64,000 nucleotides of DNA from a virus (IMGVR_UViG_3300032218_003786:5717-69716), one strand, 5' to 3'. Shown: positions 1 to 7,740, counted from the first letter of the stretch. Translations and numbers: made by a program. The notes: a model not told the origin generated them from the sequence alone.

Positions 1-1
1 G

Positions 2-391
2 CACGACCTCGGCTTCGGCGCGAAGCAGCGTGAGCACTCAGGACACGGCGGCGGTTCGCTTGCCGACATCCTGTATGTGCTCTGTGCCTACAAGGTGGCA
101 CGCGGCGGCGGCGACTGGGCGAACGACGACTCGGACTTCGTTGAGTCCACGAACGGAACTTTCAAGGGTCGTTGGCACGGCGACCGCGTAGCAGTCATCG
201 GCGACTACTACGAGGAGAGCGACTTGCCAGCGGGTTGGGCTGAGGCGTTGAGCGACATCGGTGAGCCGACGAAGTTCAAGGACATCTCAGACGAGATTCG
301 CCCCTTCGTGGACAAGTTGTTCAACGAAGATGGCAAGTACGATTACCGCAACCTGAGCCAGCAACTCGCTGACCTCACAGCGGCGAAGTAA
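2..391 (+). CDS. Hypothetical phage protein, 5' truncated at the window edge
   Basis: Frame is open from base 2 (HDLGFGAKQREH...GGGD...GRWHGDRVAVIGDY) to TAA at 391; followed by a hairpin. Confidence 0.75.
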   Translation, partial: HDLGFGAKQREHSGHGGGSLADILYVLCAYKVARGGGDWANDDSDFVESTNGTFKGRWHGDRVAVIGDYYEESDLPAGWAEALSDIGEPTKFKDISDEIRPFVDKLFNEDGKYDYRNLSQQLADLTAAK

Positions 392-442
392 ACTACGAGG
401 GGGGCGGCACTCGCCGCTCCCCTCGCAAGAAAGGAGAACAAG

Positions 443-673
443 ATGTACGGAGAAGAAGCAAACACTTGGTATCAGATTCACACGAACGGAGCAGTCACAA
501 CCTTCGCTCGCTTCTACGAGGGACAGAGTGAGGCGGGTTCGCCAATCTTCGTCTTTGAGAAGATGCAAGCGGACAGCGTGAACAAGTTGATTGAGGTCTT
601 CGGCGAAGAGGAGTACGACGAACTCACAGCGGCAATCAACCGCGTGAAGATTGCACAAACTCTCGCCGAGTAG
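443..673 (+). CDS. Hypothetical protein, 76 aa
   Basis: AAGGAG RBS before ATG; terminator follows. Confidence 0.8.
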   Translation: MYGEEANTWYQIHTNGAVTTFARFYEGQSEAGSPIFVFEKMQADSVNKLIEVFGEEEYDELTAAINRVKIAQTLAE

Positions 674-690
674 TTATTAGTCGCACTCGT

Positions 691-729
691 AAGGGGGGTC
701 GGGGCTTATGCCTCGGCTCCCCTTTTTTA
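691..729 (+). terminator. Intrinsic terminator
   Basis: GC stem-loop followed by a T run. Confidence 0.8.
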
Positions 730-731
730 TT

Positions 732-808
732 GGTTATGGCTTATGTGTTATTGGTTATGACTTACGCGTTATGGGTTATGACTTATGCGTTATGCATAAC
801 GCCTTATG
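732..808. repeat. Heptamer tract A (NNTTATG units, 11 heptamers in register)
   Basis: ggttatg gcttatg tgttatt ggttatg acttacg cgttatg ggttatg acttatg cgttatg cataacg ccttatg. Confidence 0.95.
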
Positions 809-883
809 CGCTGCGCGCGACCCAACCCAAACCAACCAGAATCAACCTTGTGCCACGCAGTTGGCACGGCTGGCTGGCACGAT

Positions 884-920
884 TCTTATCGGTGGAACGA
901 GCGTGGGCGTGTGGCATTAT
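884..920 (+). promoter_or_regulatory. Conserved promoter-like motif, copy 1
   Basis: tCTTATCGGTGG...TGTGGCATTAT; 28 nt from motif start to TGGCAT in all 10 copies. Confidence 0.8.
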
Positions 921-961
921 CTAGGAGTCAGGGAGATTCCCTGCGTAGCAAGGAGGTTCAG

Positions 962-1414
962 ATGGAGCACGAACAAGTGGTCAAAGTGATGCGCTCGGCG
1001 AAGGGTCGCTTCGTCAAGATCATCACGGAAACCGCACCAGTCAGCCCTGCTGAGATGGCGCGGCGCATCGCTAAGGCTGCGGCAAGCGTCGCACCTGACG
1101 CGAAGGCGGCGATCCCGATGGTCAAGACGCTGAGCACTCGCACCGATGAGCGCGGGTGGACAATCAGCGTTGTTCAGATTGTCGGTCAGATGGACAAGCA
1201 CTACGGCGAGGATGGCTTCCACATCGGCAAGGATGGCGGGTTGTCGTTCAGCATCGTCGGTGGTGCGCCAGAGGAATACGGCTTCGCTACGGCGTGTCCG
1301 TACTCTGGCAAAGAGGGTGCGTCGTGCGAGATGCGCGGCAAGCGGCACGCGCATCGCTCGGTGAACGCAGGGCGCGTTCAGGAGATCATCATTGCGGGCG
1401 AGTCGTTCGCCTGA
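962..1414 (+). CDS. Hypothetical protein with CPYxGxEGxxCE...HxH motif; paralogue of 7071-7523
   Basis: AGGAGG at 951-956 places the start at 962 rather than the ORF-track 806. Confidence 0.85.
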   Translation: MEHEQVVKVMRSAKGRFVKIITETAPVSPAEMARRIAKAAASVAPDAKAAIPMVKTLSTRTDERGWTISVVQIVGQMDKHYGEDGFHIGKDGGLSFSIVGGAPEEYGFATACPYSGKEGASCEMRGKRHAHRSVNAGRVQEIIIAGESFA

Positions 1415-1443
1415 CGCAGCGGGGAGGCGGCGCAAGCCGCCTC

Positions 1444-1480
1444 CCTTAGCGGTGGAAGCGTTCGGTCGGTGTGGCATTAT
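1444..1480 (+). promoter_or_regulatory. Conserved promoter-like motif, copy 2 (no heptamer tract)
   Basis: CCTTAGCGGTGGAAGCG...TGTGGCATTAT, overlapping the end of a GCAA-loop hairpin at 1422-1445. Confidence 0.8.
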
Positions 1481-1525
1481 GTAGTAGTCAGGGAGATTCC
1501 CTGACGAGTAGCGAAGGAGGTTCGT

Positions 1526-1807
1526 ATGGGATACGCAACGGCACTCGGTATCGCGGATACGGAGTTGGACTTGGACACGAAACTTCATTGGCACTTCACG
1601 ACGAACTGCTACCCGCCAGTCCCGCTGATGATGATTGCCCCTGCGAAGGCGGCAATCGCACTTGCGGAGATCGGCGAGTCAGACGAGATGGTGGAGATGC
1701 CAGAGGGAGCGGAGCATCGCAAGTATGGATCGCAAGTCCCTGCTTGGGTGGTGATTCAGTCCCTCTACTTGGCGGCGTTCGTCGGCGGCGAGCCTGACGA
1801 AGACTAG
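1526..1807 (+). CDS. Hypothetical phage protein, 93 aa
   Basis: AAGGAGG RBS; NCYPPVP motif. Confidence 0.85.
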   Translation: MGYATALGIADTELDLDTKLHWHFTTNCYPPVPLMMIAPAKAAIALAEIGESDEMVEMPEGAEHRKYGSQVPAWVVIQSLYLAAFVGGEPDED

Positions 1808-1853
1808 TGCGGAGGGGAGAGGCGCAAGCCTCTCCCCGATGCGGAAGGAGGAG

Positions 1854-2069
1854 ATGATGGACTTCTGGCACTCACAGAACCGAAAGAACTGCGGCTGCGG
1901 TAAGCCAGCAGACTTCGTTGCGGATAACAACGAAGCAGGGGTCGCGTATGCGTACTGCGAATCGTGCGAGGAGAAGCGCGCTGAGAAGTTTGGTTGCGCG
2001 ATGATCCTTGCCGAAGGCGCGCAATGCGAAGATGGCATCTGCGGCTGCGGCGGAACGGGAGTCTACTAG
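1854..2069 (+). CDS. Cys-rich small protein, probable zinc binder
   Basis: AAGGAGG RBS; CGCG, CESC and CEDGICGCGG motifs. Confidence 0.75.
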   Translation: MMDFWHSQNRKNCGCGKPADFVADNNEAGVAYAYCESCEEKRAEKFGCAMILAEGAQCEDGICGCGGTGVY

Positions 2070-2117
2070 TTATCGGTTATGGGTTATGCGTTATGGGTAT
2101 ACGCATAACCCATAACC
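2068..2117. repeat. Heptamer tract B forming a 17-bp perfect inverted repeat
   Basis: ggttatgggttatgcgt (2075-2091) pairs with acgcataacccataacc (2101-2117). Confidence 0.95.
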
Positions 2118-2177
2118 CTATCCCCTACCCCATTGACCAATAGCAAACTAAGCGCAAGCGGCTCGGCTGGGGGTTCG

Positions 2178-2214
2178 CCTTAGCGGTGGGATCGGTCTTA
2201 GGTTGTGGCATTGT
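2178..2214 (+). promoter_or_regulatory. Conserved promoter-like motif, copy 3
   Basis: CCTTAGCGGTGGGATCGGT...TGTGGCATTGT. Confidence 0.8.
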
Positions 2215-2255
2215 GTAGAAGTAGCGGAGATGTTCCGCATAGCAAGGAGGTGCGT

Positions 2256-2402
2256 ATGTGCCGAATCTGTGGTTCTGACGATGTCGTGGTGAGCGGCGAG
2301 GATGTCGCTCTGGTGTGCGAGGCGTGTAAGGAGGAGGCTTGGACTGCGGCAGATGCCGCGCAAGCAGATTCGTGGCGAGTAGCCGAGGAGGTGGGTCTAT
2401 GA
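2256..2402 (+). CDS. Small CxxC...CxxC protein, 48 aa
   Basis: AAGGAGG at 2244-2250; MCRICG...CEAC; ATGA overlap with the next gene. Confidence 0.75.
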   Translation: MCRICGSDDVVVSGEDVALVCEACKEEAWTAADAAQADSWRVAEEVGL

Positions 2403-2806
2403 GCGGCAAGGGATTCTGGGCAAAGGTGAACGCAGCGATGAAGGAGATTGATTCATCTTCCATCGCGTTCGTTCTCGGTCATACGAAGGCGAGTCGGTGG
2501 TGCTGTACCACCTGCTCGGCAGCGCAGGGGCAGGAACTCTGGGAAGAGTACAAGGCGGATCAGAAGGCGATTGCTGACGAGTCGGGCAACGACTACGACG
2601 AGTCGTTCTACGACGATCCGATGTTCATCTTCTACCACGACCAAGATCACATTAGGGGTGCGACCGATGTCTATATCGGTTGGTCGGGTAAGGATATGCC
2701 AAGCATCGCGCAGCACTTCTTCCGCAAGCACGGACTAGAAGTAGTGTTGCCGCCAGACGAGCACACGAAGATTCTGGTGAAGGAGCCGACTCTTGTTGCT
2801 GTGTGA
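2399..2806 (+). CDS. Hypothetical protein, possibly DUF6891-like
   Basis: CCTTC and FYHDQD motifs resemble my recollection of that family; coupled start. Confidence 0.7.
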   Translation: MSGKGFWAKVNAAMKEIDSSSIAFVLGHTKASRWCCTTCSAAQGQELWEEYKADQKAIADESGNDYDESFYDDPMFIFYHDQDHIRGATDVYIGWSGKDMPSIAQHFFRKHGLEVVLPPDEHTKILVKEPTLVAV

Positions 2807-2969
2807 ACACGACGAGGTGAAGTGGCTTCACTCCAAGAAGGAGCAGGGCTGCGGCGAGTGTGGCAGGGACAATGACCCCTGCTCGCTCGTCGTATGTTCT
2901 GGGTGTGGCGCAGAGATGCTCGGTGAACTAACGGACGCGCAGCAGAGGTTCTTGGAACAGACTGCGTAA
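2796..2969 (+). CDS. Cys-rich small protein, 57 aa, TTG start (not in the ORF track)
   Basis: AAGGAG at 2780-2785; LLCEHDEVKWLHSKKEQGCGECGRDNDPCSLVVCSGCG... Confidence 0.65.
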   Translation: MLCEHDEVKWLHSKKEQGCGECGRDNDPCSLVVCSGCGAEMLGELTDAQQRFLEQTA

Positions 2970-2970
2970 T

Positions 2971-3008
2971 AAGGGGGCGGCAGGGCTTCGGCTCTGTCGC
3001 CCTTTTTT
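2971..3008 (+). terminator. Intrinsic terminator
   Basis: Stem with a CTTCGG loop followed by T6. Confidence 0.85.
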
Positions 3009-3011
3009 ATT

Positions 3012-3074
3012 ACTTATCGGTTATGGCTTATGTGTTATGGATTATGGGTTATGTGTTATCCCATACCCGTTATA
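3012..3074. repeat. Heptamer tract C
   Basis: acttatc ggttatg gcttatg tgttatg gattatg ggttatg tgttatc ccatacc cgttata. Confidence 0.95.
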
Positions 3075-3146
3075 CGGATACCCACCACCAACACAACACA
3101 CCCAACTCCATCCCGCCTCTCCCAACTCCGCCCCAACCGAACGAAT

Positions 3147-3183
3147 CCTTAGCGGTGGGATCGGTTCGGCAGTATGGCATTGT
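3147..3183 (+). promoter_or_regulatory. Conserved promoter-like motif, copy 4
   Basis: CCTTAGCGGTGGGATCGGT...TATGGCATTGT. Confidence 0.8.
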
Positions 3184-3229
3184 ATAGGTAGAGGAGGTGC
3201 TCTGCTCACTTCCCAAGTGAGGAGGTCTT

Positions 3230-3559
3230 ATGACCGACACACAGAAACTCACGGACATCCTAGCGGAGGCACGCCGCAGCGCGGAGCGCGCATCGTCATC
3301 GGCGCAGGACGCAGCGTCAGAGGCTTCTGATGCTCAGGACTACGCTAGTTCAGCAACGGATTCAGCGAACTCCGCTGAGTCGCACGCTGACGAAGTTCAG
3401 GAGGCTCTGGACTCAGTAGAGGAGATGGTCGCTGAGTTGGTTGCTGAGAACGAGCGACTGACCGCAATCATCGCCAAGATCCGCACCGCGTTGGAGGACA
3501 ACGCAGACCAGAGCGATGTTCTGGAACTCGCAGAGTCGGCGACAGAAGTCGTCGCCTAA
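3230..3559 (+). CDS. Ala/Ser/Glu-rich coiled-coil protein
   Basis: GAGGAGG RBS; heptad-like helical composition. Confidence 0.85.
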   Translation: MTDTQKLTDILAEARRSAERASSSAQDAASEASDAQDYASSATDSANSAESHADEVQEALDSVEEMVAELVAENERLTAIIAKIRTALEDNADQSDVLELAESATEVVA

Positions 3560-3622
3560 GCAATCGGCGAAGCGGCGGCGGGGCTTCGGCTCCGTCGCCG
3601 CCGAGCCACAAGAGGAGGCACT

Positions 3623-3796
3623 ATGAATCGTAGAGGTGTTGAGAAGATCGTCATCCCAGAGCACTCAGTCCGTTGGACTAAGCGACCTGCCGCTGATGGT
3701 GATTGTTGTGAGAAGCATCGTCGCGAGAAGCGCGGTGATGATCGCAAGCGGCTCATCTCTGAGGCTCGCGCCGCGAAGCGGTACGAGGTTGAGTGA
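3623..3796 (+). CDS. Small basic protein, 57 aa (not in the ORF track)
   Basis: GAGGAGG RBS; MNRRGVEKIVIPEHSVRWTKRPAADGDCCEKHRREK... Confidence 0.7.
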   Translation: MNRRGVEKIVIPEHSVRWTKRPAADGDCCEKHRREKRGDDRKRLISEARAAKRYEVE

Positions 3797-3851
3797 GTTG
3801 CTCGGTATCCTTGTTGCGCTCTATCTCGTGTGGTTGATCGGCAACAAGTAA
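3789..3851 (+). CDS. Possible 20-aa hydrophobic peptide
   Basis: TTG start overlapping the upstream stop; SELLGILVALYLVWLIGNK. Confidence 0.4.
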   Translation: MSELLGILVALYLVWLIGNK

Positions 3852-3854
3852 ATC

Positions 3855-3887
3855 AGGCGGGGTGGCTTCGGCTGCCTCGCCTTTTTT
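3855..3887 (+). terminator. Intrinsic terminator
   Basis: Stem with a CTTCGG loop followed by T6. Confidence 0.85.
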
Positions 3888-3928
3888 GTTATTGGTTATG
3901 GGTTATGGGTTATGTGTATACGGGTATG
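3887..3928. repeat. Heptamer tract D
   Basis: tgttatt ggttatg ggttatg ggttatg tgtatac gggtatg. Confidence 0.95.
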
Positions 3929-3992
3929 CGAACCCCGTTCCCCCATACCCAACCAACCAGAGAAGAAGCCGCACGCAGCGTTGAGGCTGAAT

Positions 3993-4029
3993 CCTTAGCG
4001 GTGGGATCGGTGTCTGGGTGTGGCATATT
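3993..4029 (+). promoter_or_regulatory. Conserved promoter-like motif, copy 5
   Basis: CCTTAGCGGTGGGATCGGT...TGTGGCATATT. Confidence 0.8.
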
Positions 4030-4070
4030 AGAGGTAGAGGGGAAGTCCCCCTCAGAAGTTTGGAGGTCTG

Positions 4071-4616
4071 ATGGATAGCGATAAAGTGGTCTGCGCCGCG
4101 CCGAACTGCGGCGAAGAGATTGAGGAAAACTACGCTGAGTATTCCAACATCTTAGAGGATCAGATTTGCTCGGCGTGTTGGCAGTCCGATACTGAGCACG
4201 CGTCGGCGATCACACTCTTTACGCCAATCGGCGAGGTGAGCAGAATCATCCTCGGCGATCTCGTGGCTCTTGATCCTGAGTACGGCGAGCCTGTTGACGC
4301 TTCCTCTTGGAAGCGTGAATACCGCCGCAGCGATGCTTGGCGCGGTCATTACGATACGGTTTTCGTAAAGGGCTGGACTGAGGTTGAAGAGGATCTACTG
4401 CTCTGGGGTCAGCGTACTGATGGGCAGACACTCGGCGAGCGTATCGCTGCTGAGTGTGAGGCTGGCACGCTCCCGTGTGAGGTGTCGGTCATCGCTGATC
4501 CGACCTCTAACCTCTTCGCGCAGGGCGTTAGTTTCTGGGTACGCGATGAGGATGCGATGACCTTCGCCGTGTGGGTGAAGGGCGATGCGGCATACGCGGG
4601 AGCGACCTCGCGCTAA
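4071..4616 (+). CDS. Hypothetical protein with N-terminal Cys cluster, 181 aa
   Basis: GGAGG RBS; CAAPNC...CSAC. Confidence 0.85.
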   Translation: MDSDKVVCAAPNCGEEIEENYAEYSNILEDQICSACWQSDTEHASAITLFTPIGEVSRIILGDLVALDPEYGEPVDASSWKREYRRSDAWRGHYDTVFVKGWTEVEEDLLLWGQRTDGQTLGERIAAECEAGTLPCEVSVIADPTSNLFAQGVSFWVRDEDAMTFAVWVKGDAAYAGATSR

Positions 4617-4622
4617 ACATAA

Positions 4623-4659
4623 AGGGGGGTGGGGGCTTCGGCTCCTGCTCCCCTTTTTT
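4623..4659 (+). terminator. Intrinsic terminator
   Basis: Stem with a CTTCGG loop followed by T6. Confidence 0.85.
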
Positions 4660-4714
4660 GTTATTGGTTATCTGTTATGTGTTATGGGTTATGTGTTATG
4701 CGTATACCCATACC
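4659..4714. repeat. Heptamer tract E
   Basis: tgttatt ggttatc tgttatg tgttatg ggttatg tgttatg cgtatac ccatacc. Confidence 0.95.
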
Positions 4715-4784
4715 CGCGCGACCATTACCAATAACCCACAACCAAACTCGCGCCGCTCCCACTCTTGCTCTGTCTGCGGCGAAT

Positions 4785-4821
4785 CCTTAGCGGTGGGATC
4801 GGTTGGAGTGTGTGGCATATT
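4785..4821 (+). promoter_or_regulatory. Conserved promoter-like motif, copy 6
   Basis: CCTTAGCGGTGGGATCGGT...TGTGGCATATT. Confidence 0.8.
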
Positions 4822-4867
4822 GTATTCATCGGGAGCGGCGATACCGCTCGCACATTGAGGAGGTCGT

Positions 4868-5104
4868 ATGCAGTACGGCAAGAATCACCCGTTGGAGCCT
4901 CACCAGATTGAGGCGGCGATTCTCGGAATCGCTAAGGCGATTGTGTACAACGATCCAGAAGGATCGTGCGACACCATCGCATCGTGCGATTCGCAGGGTT
5001 GCGTGGAGAAGCGGCTGCTCGCGGTTGAGCAGATTCGCCTCTACCTCGTAGATTCTCTAATCGCTATCGCGGCGGAAGAAGTTCGCCAACGCAACAACGC
5101 GTAG
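4868..5104 (+). CDS. Hypothetical protein, 78 aa
   Basis: GAGGAGG RBS. Confidence 0.8.
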   Translation: MQYGKNHPLEPHQIEAAILGIAKAIVYNDPEGSCDTIASCDSQGCVEKRLLAVEQIRLYLVDSLIAIAAEEVRQRNNA

Positions 5105-5165
5105 GCGGCGCATCCGCTACAACGGCGGCGGGGCTTTGGCTCCGCCGCCAACACTAGGAGGTTGT

Positions 5166-5324
5166 ATGGAGATTACGGCAACGAGGCTCTGGCACAACGG
5201 CGCGTGGCAAATCGCGGCAGTAGTAGACGGCGCGTATCAAGCGATTACCTACTACGGCTACAACAAGCGGGAAGCGATGCAACGCTTCCGTAGCGAGATC
5301 AAGCGAAGGCGATTCGCGAAGTAA
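5166..5324 (+). CDS. Hypothetical protein, 52 aa
   Basis: AGGAGG RBS places the start at 5166. Confidence 0.75.
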   Translation: MEITATRLWHNGAWQIAAVVDGAYQAITYYGYNKREAMQRFRSEIKRRRFAK

Positions 5325-5328
5325 GAAG

Positions 5329-5364
5329 AAGGGCGGCGGGGCTTCGGCTCCGTCGCCCTTATTT
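5329..5364 (+). terminator. Intrinsic terminator
   Basis: gggcggcggggCTTCGGctccgtcgccc followed by ttattt. Confidence 0.75.
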
Positions 5365-5398
5365 GTTATTGGTTATGTGTTATGCGTTATGCGTATAT
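5357..5398. repeat. Heptamer tract F
   Basis: ccttatt tgttatt ggttatg tgttatg cgttatg cgtatat. Confidence 0.95.
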
Positions 5399-5473
5399 GG
5401 ATACGCGGTACCCATACCCCCATACCCAACTACCAACAAATCGTAGGCGGCAGATTCGCTTCGGTGGTTGCTT

Positions 5474-5510
5474 CCTTAGCGGTGGGATCGCTTCGGCGGT
5501 ATGGCATAGT
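5474..5510 (+). promoter_or_regulatory. Conserved promoter-like motif, copy 7
   Basis: CCTTAGCGGTGGGATCGCT...TATGGCATAGT. Confidence 0.8.
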
Positions 5511-5551
5511 CTATTCATCGGGGGAAGTTCCCCCGAAACAAAGGAGGGCAA

Positions 5552-5938
5552 ATGGCAGGTCTAATGTTCGTAATCCGCGCGCTAGAAGACGGCACGCATC
5601 GCATCACGAAGACGGAACACGGCGAAGGGTTGCAGGATGTCTACAACGCAATCGGTTGCAATCTCGTTGAGGTTGCATCACGGGGCAAGATTGGCGGCGT
5701 GCCTGTCGTGCTCTTGTGCGATGAGGAAGGGCTCCTCGTGCAGAATCCGCGCCGCAATATGACGGCGGCGGATGTTCGCGCGGTTGCAGAATCGGCGGCT
5801 CCTTACTACACAATCGCGGGAGATTGTGCGCTCGTTCACGATGACGAGTTGCGCGGCTTCACGGATGCGGAAATCGCCAAGATTGAGCAGGTGCTCAACG
5901 ATGGCGGATTCCCGCTCTACGAAGGGCGCACGCTCTAA
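5552..5938 (+). CDS. DUF3846-like protein
   Basis: LQDVYNAIGCNLVEV...LLCDEEGLL...N...IAGD pattern. Confidence 0.75.
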   Translation: MAGLMFVIRALEDGTHRITKTEHGEGLQDVYNAIGCNLVEVASRGKIGGVPVVLLCDEEGLLVQNPRRNMTAADVRAVAESAAPYYTIAGDCALVHDDELRGFTDAEIAKIEQVLNDGGFPLYEGRTL

Positions 5939-5942
5939 CAAC

Positions 5943-5983
5943 AAGGGGGAGAGTCGCGGGGCGACTCTCCCCCTTCTTTGTTT
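5943..5983 (+). terminator. Intrinsic terminator
   Basis: aagggggagagtcgc / gcgactctccccctt stem followed by a T-rich tail. Confidence 0.8.
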
Positions 5984-6042
5984 ATGGCTTATGCGTTATG
6001 CCTTATGCGTTATGTGTTATGGATTACCCATTACCCATTACC
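5980..6042. repeat. Heptamer tract G
   Basis: gtttatg gcttatg cgttatg ccttatg cgttatg tgttatg gattacc cattacc cattacc. Confidence 0.95.
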
Positions 6043-6108
6043 CGCTATCTGCGGAATACCAGAACCAGAACCGCGCGGCGATTCGTCGCGCCCCTGACGC
6101 GTGCCGAT

Positions 6109-6145
6109 CCTTATCGGTGGGATCGGTCGGGGCGTGTGGCATAGT
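6109..6145 (+). promoter_or_regulatory. Conserved promoter-like motif, copy 8
   Basis: ccgatCCTTATCGGTGGGATCGG...TGTGGCATAGT. Confidence 0.8.
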
Positions 6146-6200
6146 CTACTCATCAGGACGGCGAGCGGTCGCTCTCCCCTGATGCAGCAAGGGGGTACAG

Positions 6201-6524
6201 GTGAAGAACCTCACCACTCTCACGGCGCTCATCGCTGAGCGCCTCGCGACTCTCGCCGATGATGATCGTGCGAGCCTCGCCGCAGCGATGACGCTCACCC
6301 CGATGGATGCGGTGGCGTATCTGAACCTGAACGCCGAGTCCTTCGCGATGGGGCGTATCAGTCTGGCAGATTCACAGCGCGTCTATTGGGCAATCACCCC
6401 GATGGGGTGGCGTGCCGATGAGGGCGCTCCGAGTCTAGCCGAGAAGGTCGCAATCACGACCTTTGTGGGCGCGATGCTAGACCGCAAGATTGCGGAGCAT
6501 CACCGCAACCGCTTCGGGCGGTAG
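6201..6524 (+). CDS. Hypothetical protein, 107 aa
   Basis: GTG start with AAGGGGG RBS. Confidence 0.8.
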   Translation: MKNLTTLTALIAERLATLADDDRASLAAAMTLTPMDAVAYLNLNAESFAMGRISLADSQRVYWAITPMGWRADEGAPSLAEKVAITTFVGAMLDRKIAEHHRNRFGR

Positions 6525-6581
6525 TCGTAGCGCGGCGGCGCGTCGCCCCTTCGGGGGCGGCGCGTCGTCGCAAGAAAGGGG

Positions 6582-6794
6582 ATGACGATGGAAACGCTTT
6601 TCAGAATCGTGCGAGTGTTCAGTTCAGGGCGGTATCCAAGCGAAACAATCGCGGACGGGCTCACCATCGCGCAGGTGCGCGCGTGGACTAACGACCCAGA
6701 AACGAGCAGCAGAACCGCAACGGGCGCGGAAGCGGTGGAACGCACGCGTCTATGCGGCGAGTGGATGGACACCTACGAGCCACAGGACAGGTAG
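6582..6794 (+). CDS. Hypothetical phage protein, 70 aa
   Basis: AAAGGGG RBS; GLT...DPETSS.TAT...G.W motif. Confidence 0.8.
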   Translation: MTMETLFRIVRVFSSGRYPSETIADGLTIAQVRAWTNDPETSSRTATGAEAVERTRLCGEWMDTYEPQDR

Positions 6795-6818
6795 CGCGCT
6801 CAGGGCGCGCAACGCAAG

Positions 6819-6853
6819 AGGGGGCGAGTCGCGGCGGCGGCTCGCCCCTTTTT
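6819..6853 (+). terminator. Intrinsic terminator
   Basis: GC stem followed by T5. Confidence 0.8.
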
Positions 6854-6854
6854 G

Positions 6855-6903
6855 TTTTATGGGCTACGCGTTATGTGTTATGGGTTATGGGTTATGGGTA
6901 TCC
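6855..6903. repeat. Heptamer tract H
   Basis: ttttatg ggctacg cgttatg tgttatg ggttatg ggttatg ggtatcc. Confidence 0.95.
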
Positions 6904-6988
6904 GTATCCGCGTGTACCCACACCCCTAGACCCCCAGACAGCGCGCAGGGGCGGGCGTGGCGGTCGCGGTGGTCGTGGGCGTGCCGAT

Positions 6989-7025
6989 CCTTATCGGTGG
7001 GATCGGTCGGGCGTTGTGGCATTGT
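6989..7025 (+). promoter_or_regulatory. Conserved promoter-like motif, copy 9
   Basis: ccgatCCTTATCGGTGGGATCGG...TGTGGCATTGT. Confidence 0.8.
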
Positions 7026-7070
7026 ATAGGAGTCGGGGAGATGCCCCGCAGTATGGAAGGAGAGCGCACT

Positions 7071-7523
7071 ATGGCAACGGCAGAGCAGATTCACGCCGCA
7101 ATCGCAGCGGCAAAGGGTCGCGTGTTCACCCTCGTGGCGAGCACGCTCCCAACGAGCGAGAAGACGCTCGCGAAGCGAGCCGCTATTGCGTGCCATCGCG
7201 CCGTGGATGGCGTGAAGTTTGACGCGCAGCAGACTCTCGCAACGCACGAGGTAGACGGCGGCACGATCTCGGTCGTGCGCGTCAGCGGTCGCCCCGATCC
7301 CGCGTGGGGCGGCGGCGATCCGATCCGCCTCTCCAAGAAGGGTACGCAGTCGCTTGGTTTCGTCGTCAGCGCGATGAACGAGTACGGCAACGCAACGGCT
7401 TGCCCTTACGCAGGGCGCGAGGGTAGCGCGTGCGAGGATCGCAAGGAGCGACACTCACACCGCGCCTACGGGCTAGACCGCATCACCTCGGTGGTGGTCG
7501 CGGGCGAGGAGTTTGTAAAGTAG
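7071..7523 (+). CDS. Hypothetical protein; paralogue of 962-1414
   Basis: AAGGAG RBS; TACPYAGREGSACEDRKERHSHR. Confidence 0.85.
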   Translation: MATAEQIHAAIAAAKGRVFTLVASTLPTSEKTLAKRAAIACHRAVDGVKFDAQQTLATHEVDGGTISVVRVSGRPDPAWGGGDPIRLSKKGTQSLGFVVSAMNEYGNATACPYAGREGSACEDRKERHSHRAYGLDRITSVVVAGEEFVK

Positions 7524-7581
7524 TCGGGAAGGGGGGCGGCGTTGCCGCCCCCCGATCCCGCGCAGAGAGAGGAGCACAATC

Positions 7582-7740
7582 GTGAAGCGTAAGAATCTCG
7601 TCAGTCTTCGCACATACGCGAGCATCGCAGCGGAGCAGCAGCGGCGCAGGGATCGCGAGGCGGTCGCGTTGTTCATCTTCGTGGCGGTAGTCGTCGCGTA
7701 CTTTGGCGCGCACATCGTATACGCGCTGGTTCGCTCATAG
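7582..7740 (+). CDS. Small membrane protein, 52 aa (not in the ORF track)
   Basis: GAGGAG RBS, GTG start; basic N-terminus then AVALFIFVAVVVAYFGAHIVYALV. Confidence 0.75.
   Translation: MKRKNLVSLRTYASIAAEQQRRRDREAVALFIFVAVVVAYFGAHIVYALVRS

Noticed and set aside
912-930. Sigma54 promoter (TGGCA at -24)
   Set aside because: No TTGC -12 element at the required distance in any copy; an extended -10 reading fits the downstream hairpins better.
708-989. ORF-track entries reading through heptamer tracts (708-989, 730-924, 3037-3330, 3830-4078, 4571-4858, 5377-5670, 7855-8058)
   Set aside because: They arise from ATG-rich repeats, lack an RBS and cross terminators or promoters; the real starts are downstream with strong RBSs.
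6876-6899. Telomere-like (TTATGGG)n repeats
   Set aside because: Internal, short, degenerate and tied to promoters; no telomerase or protelomerase is seen.
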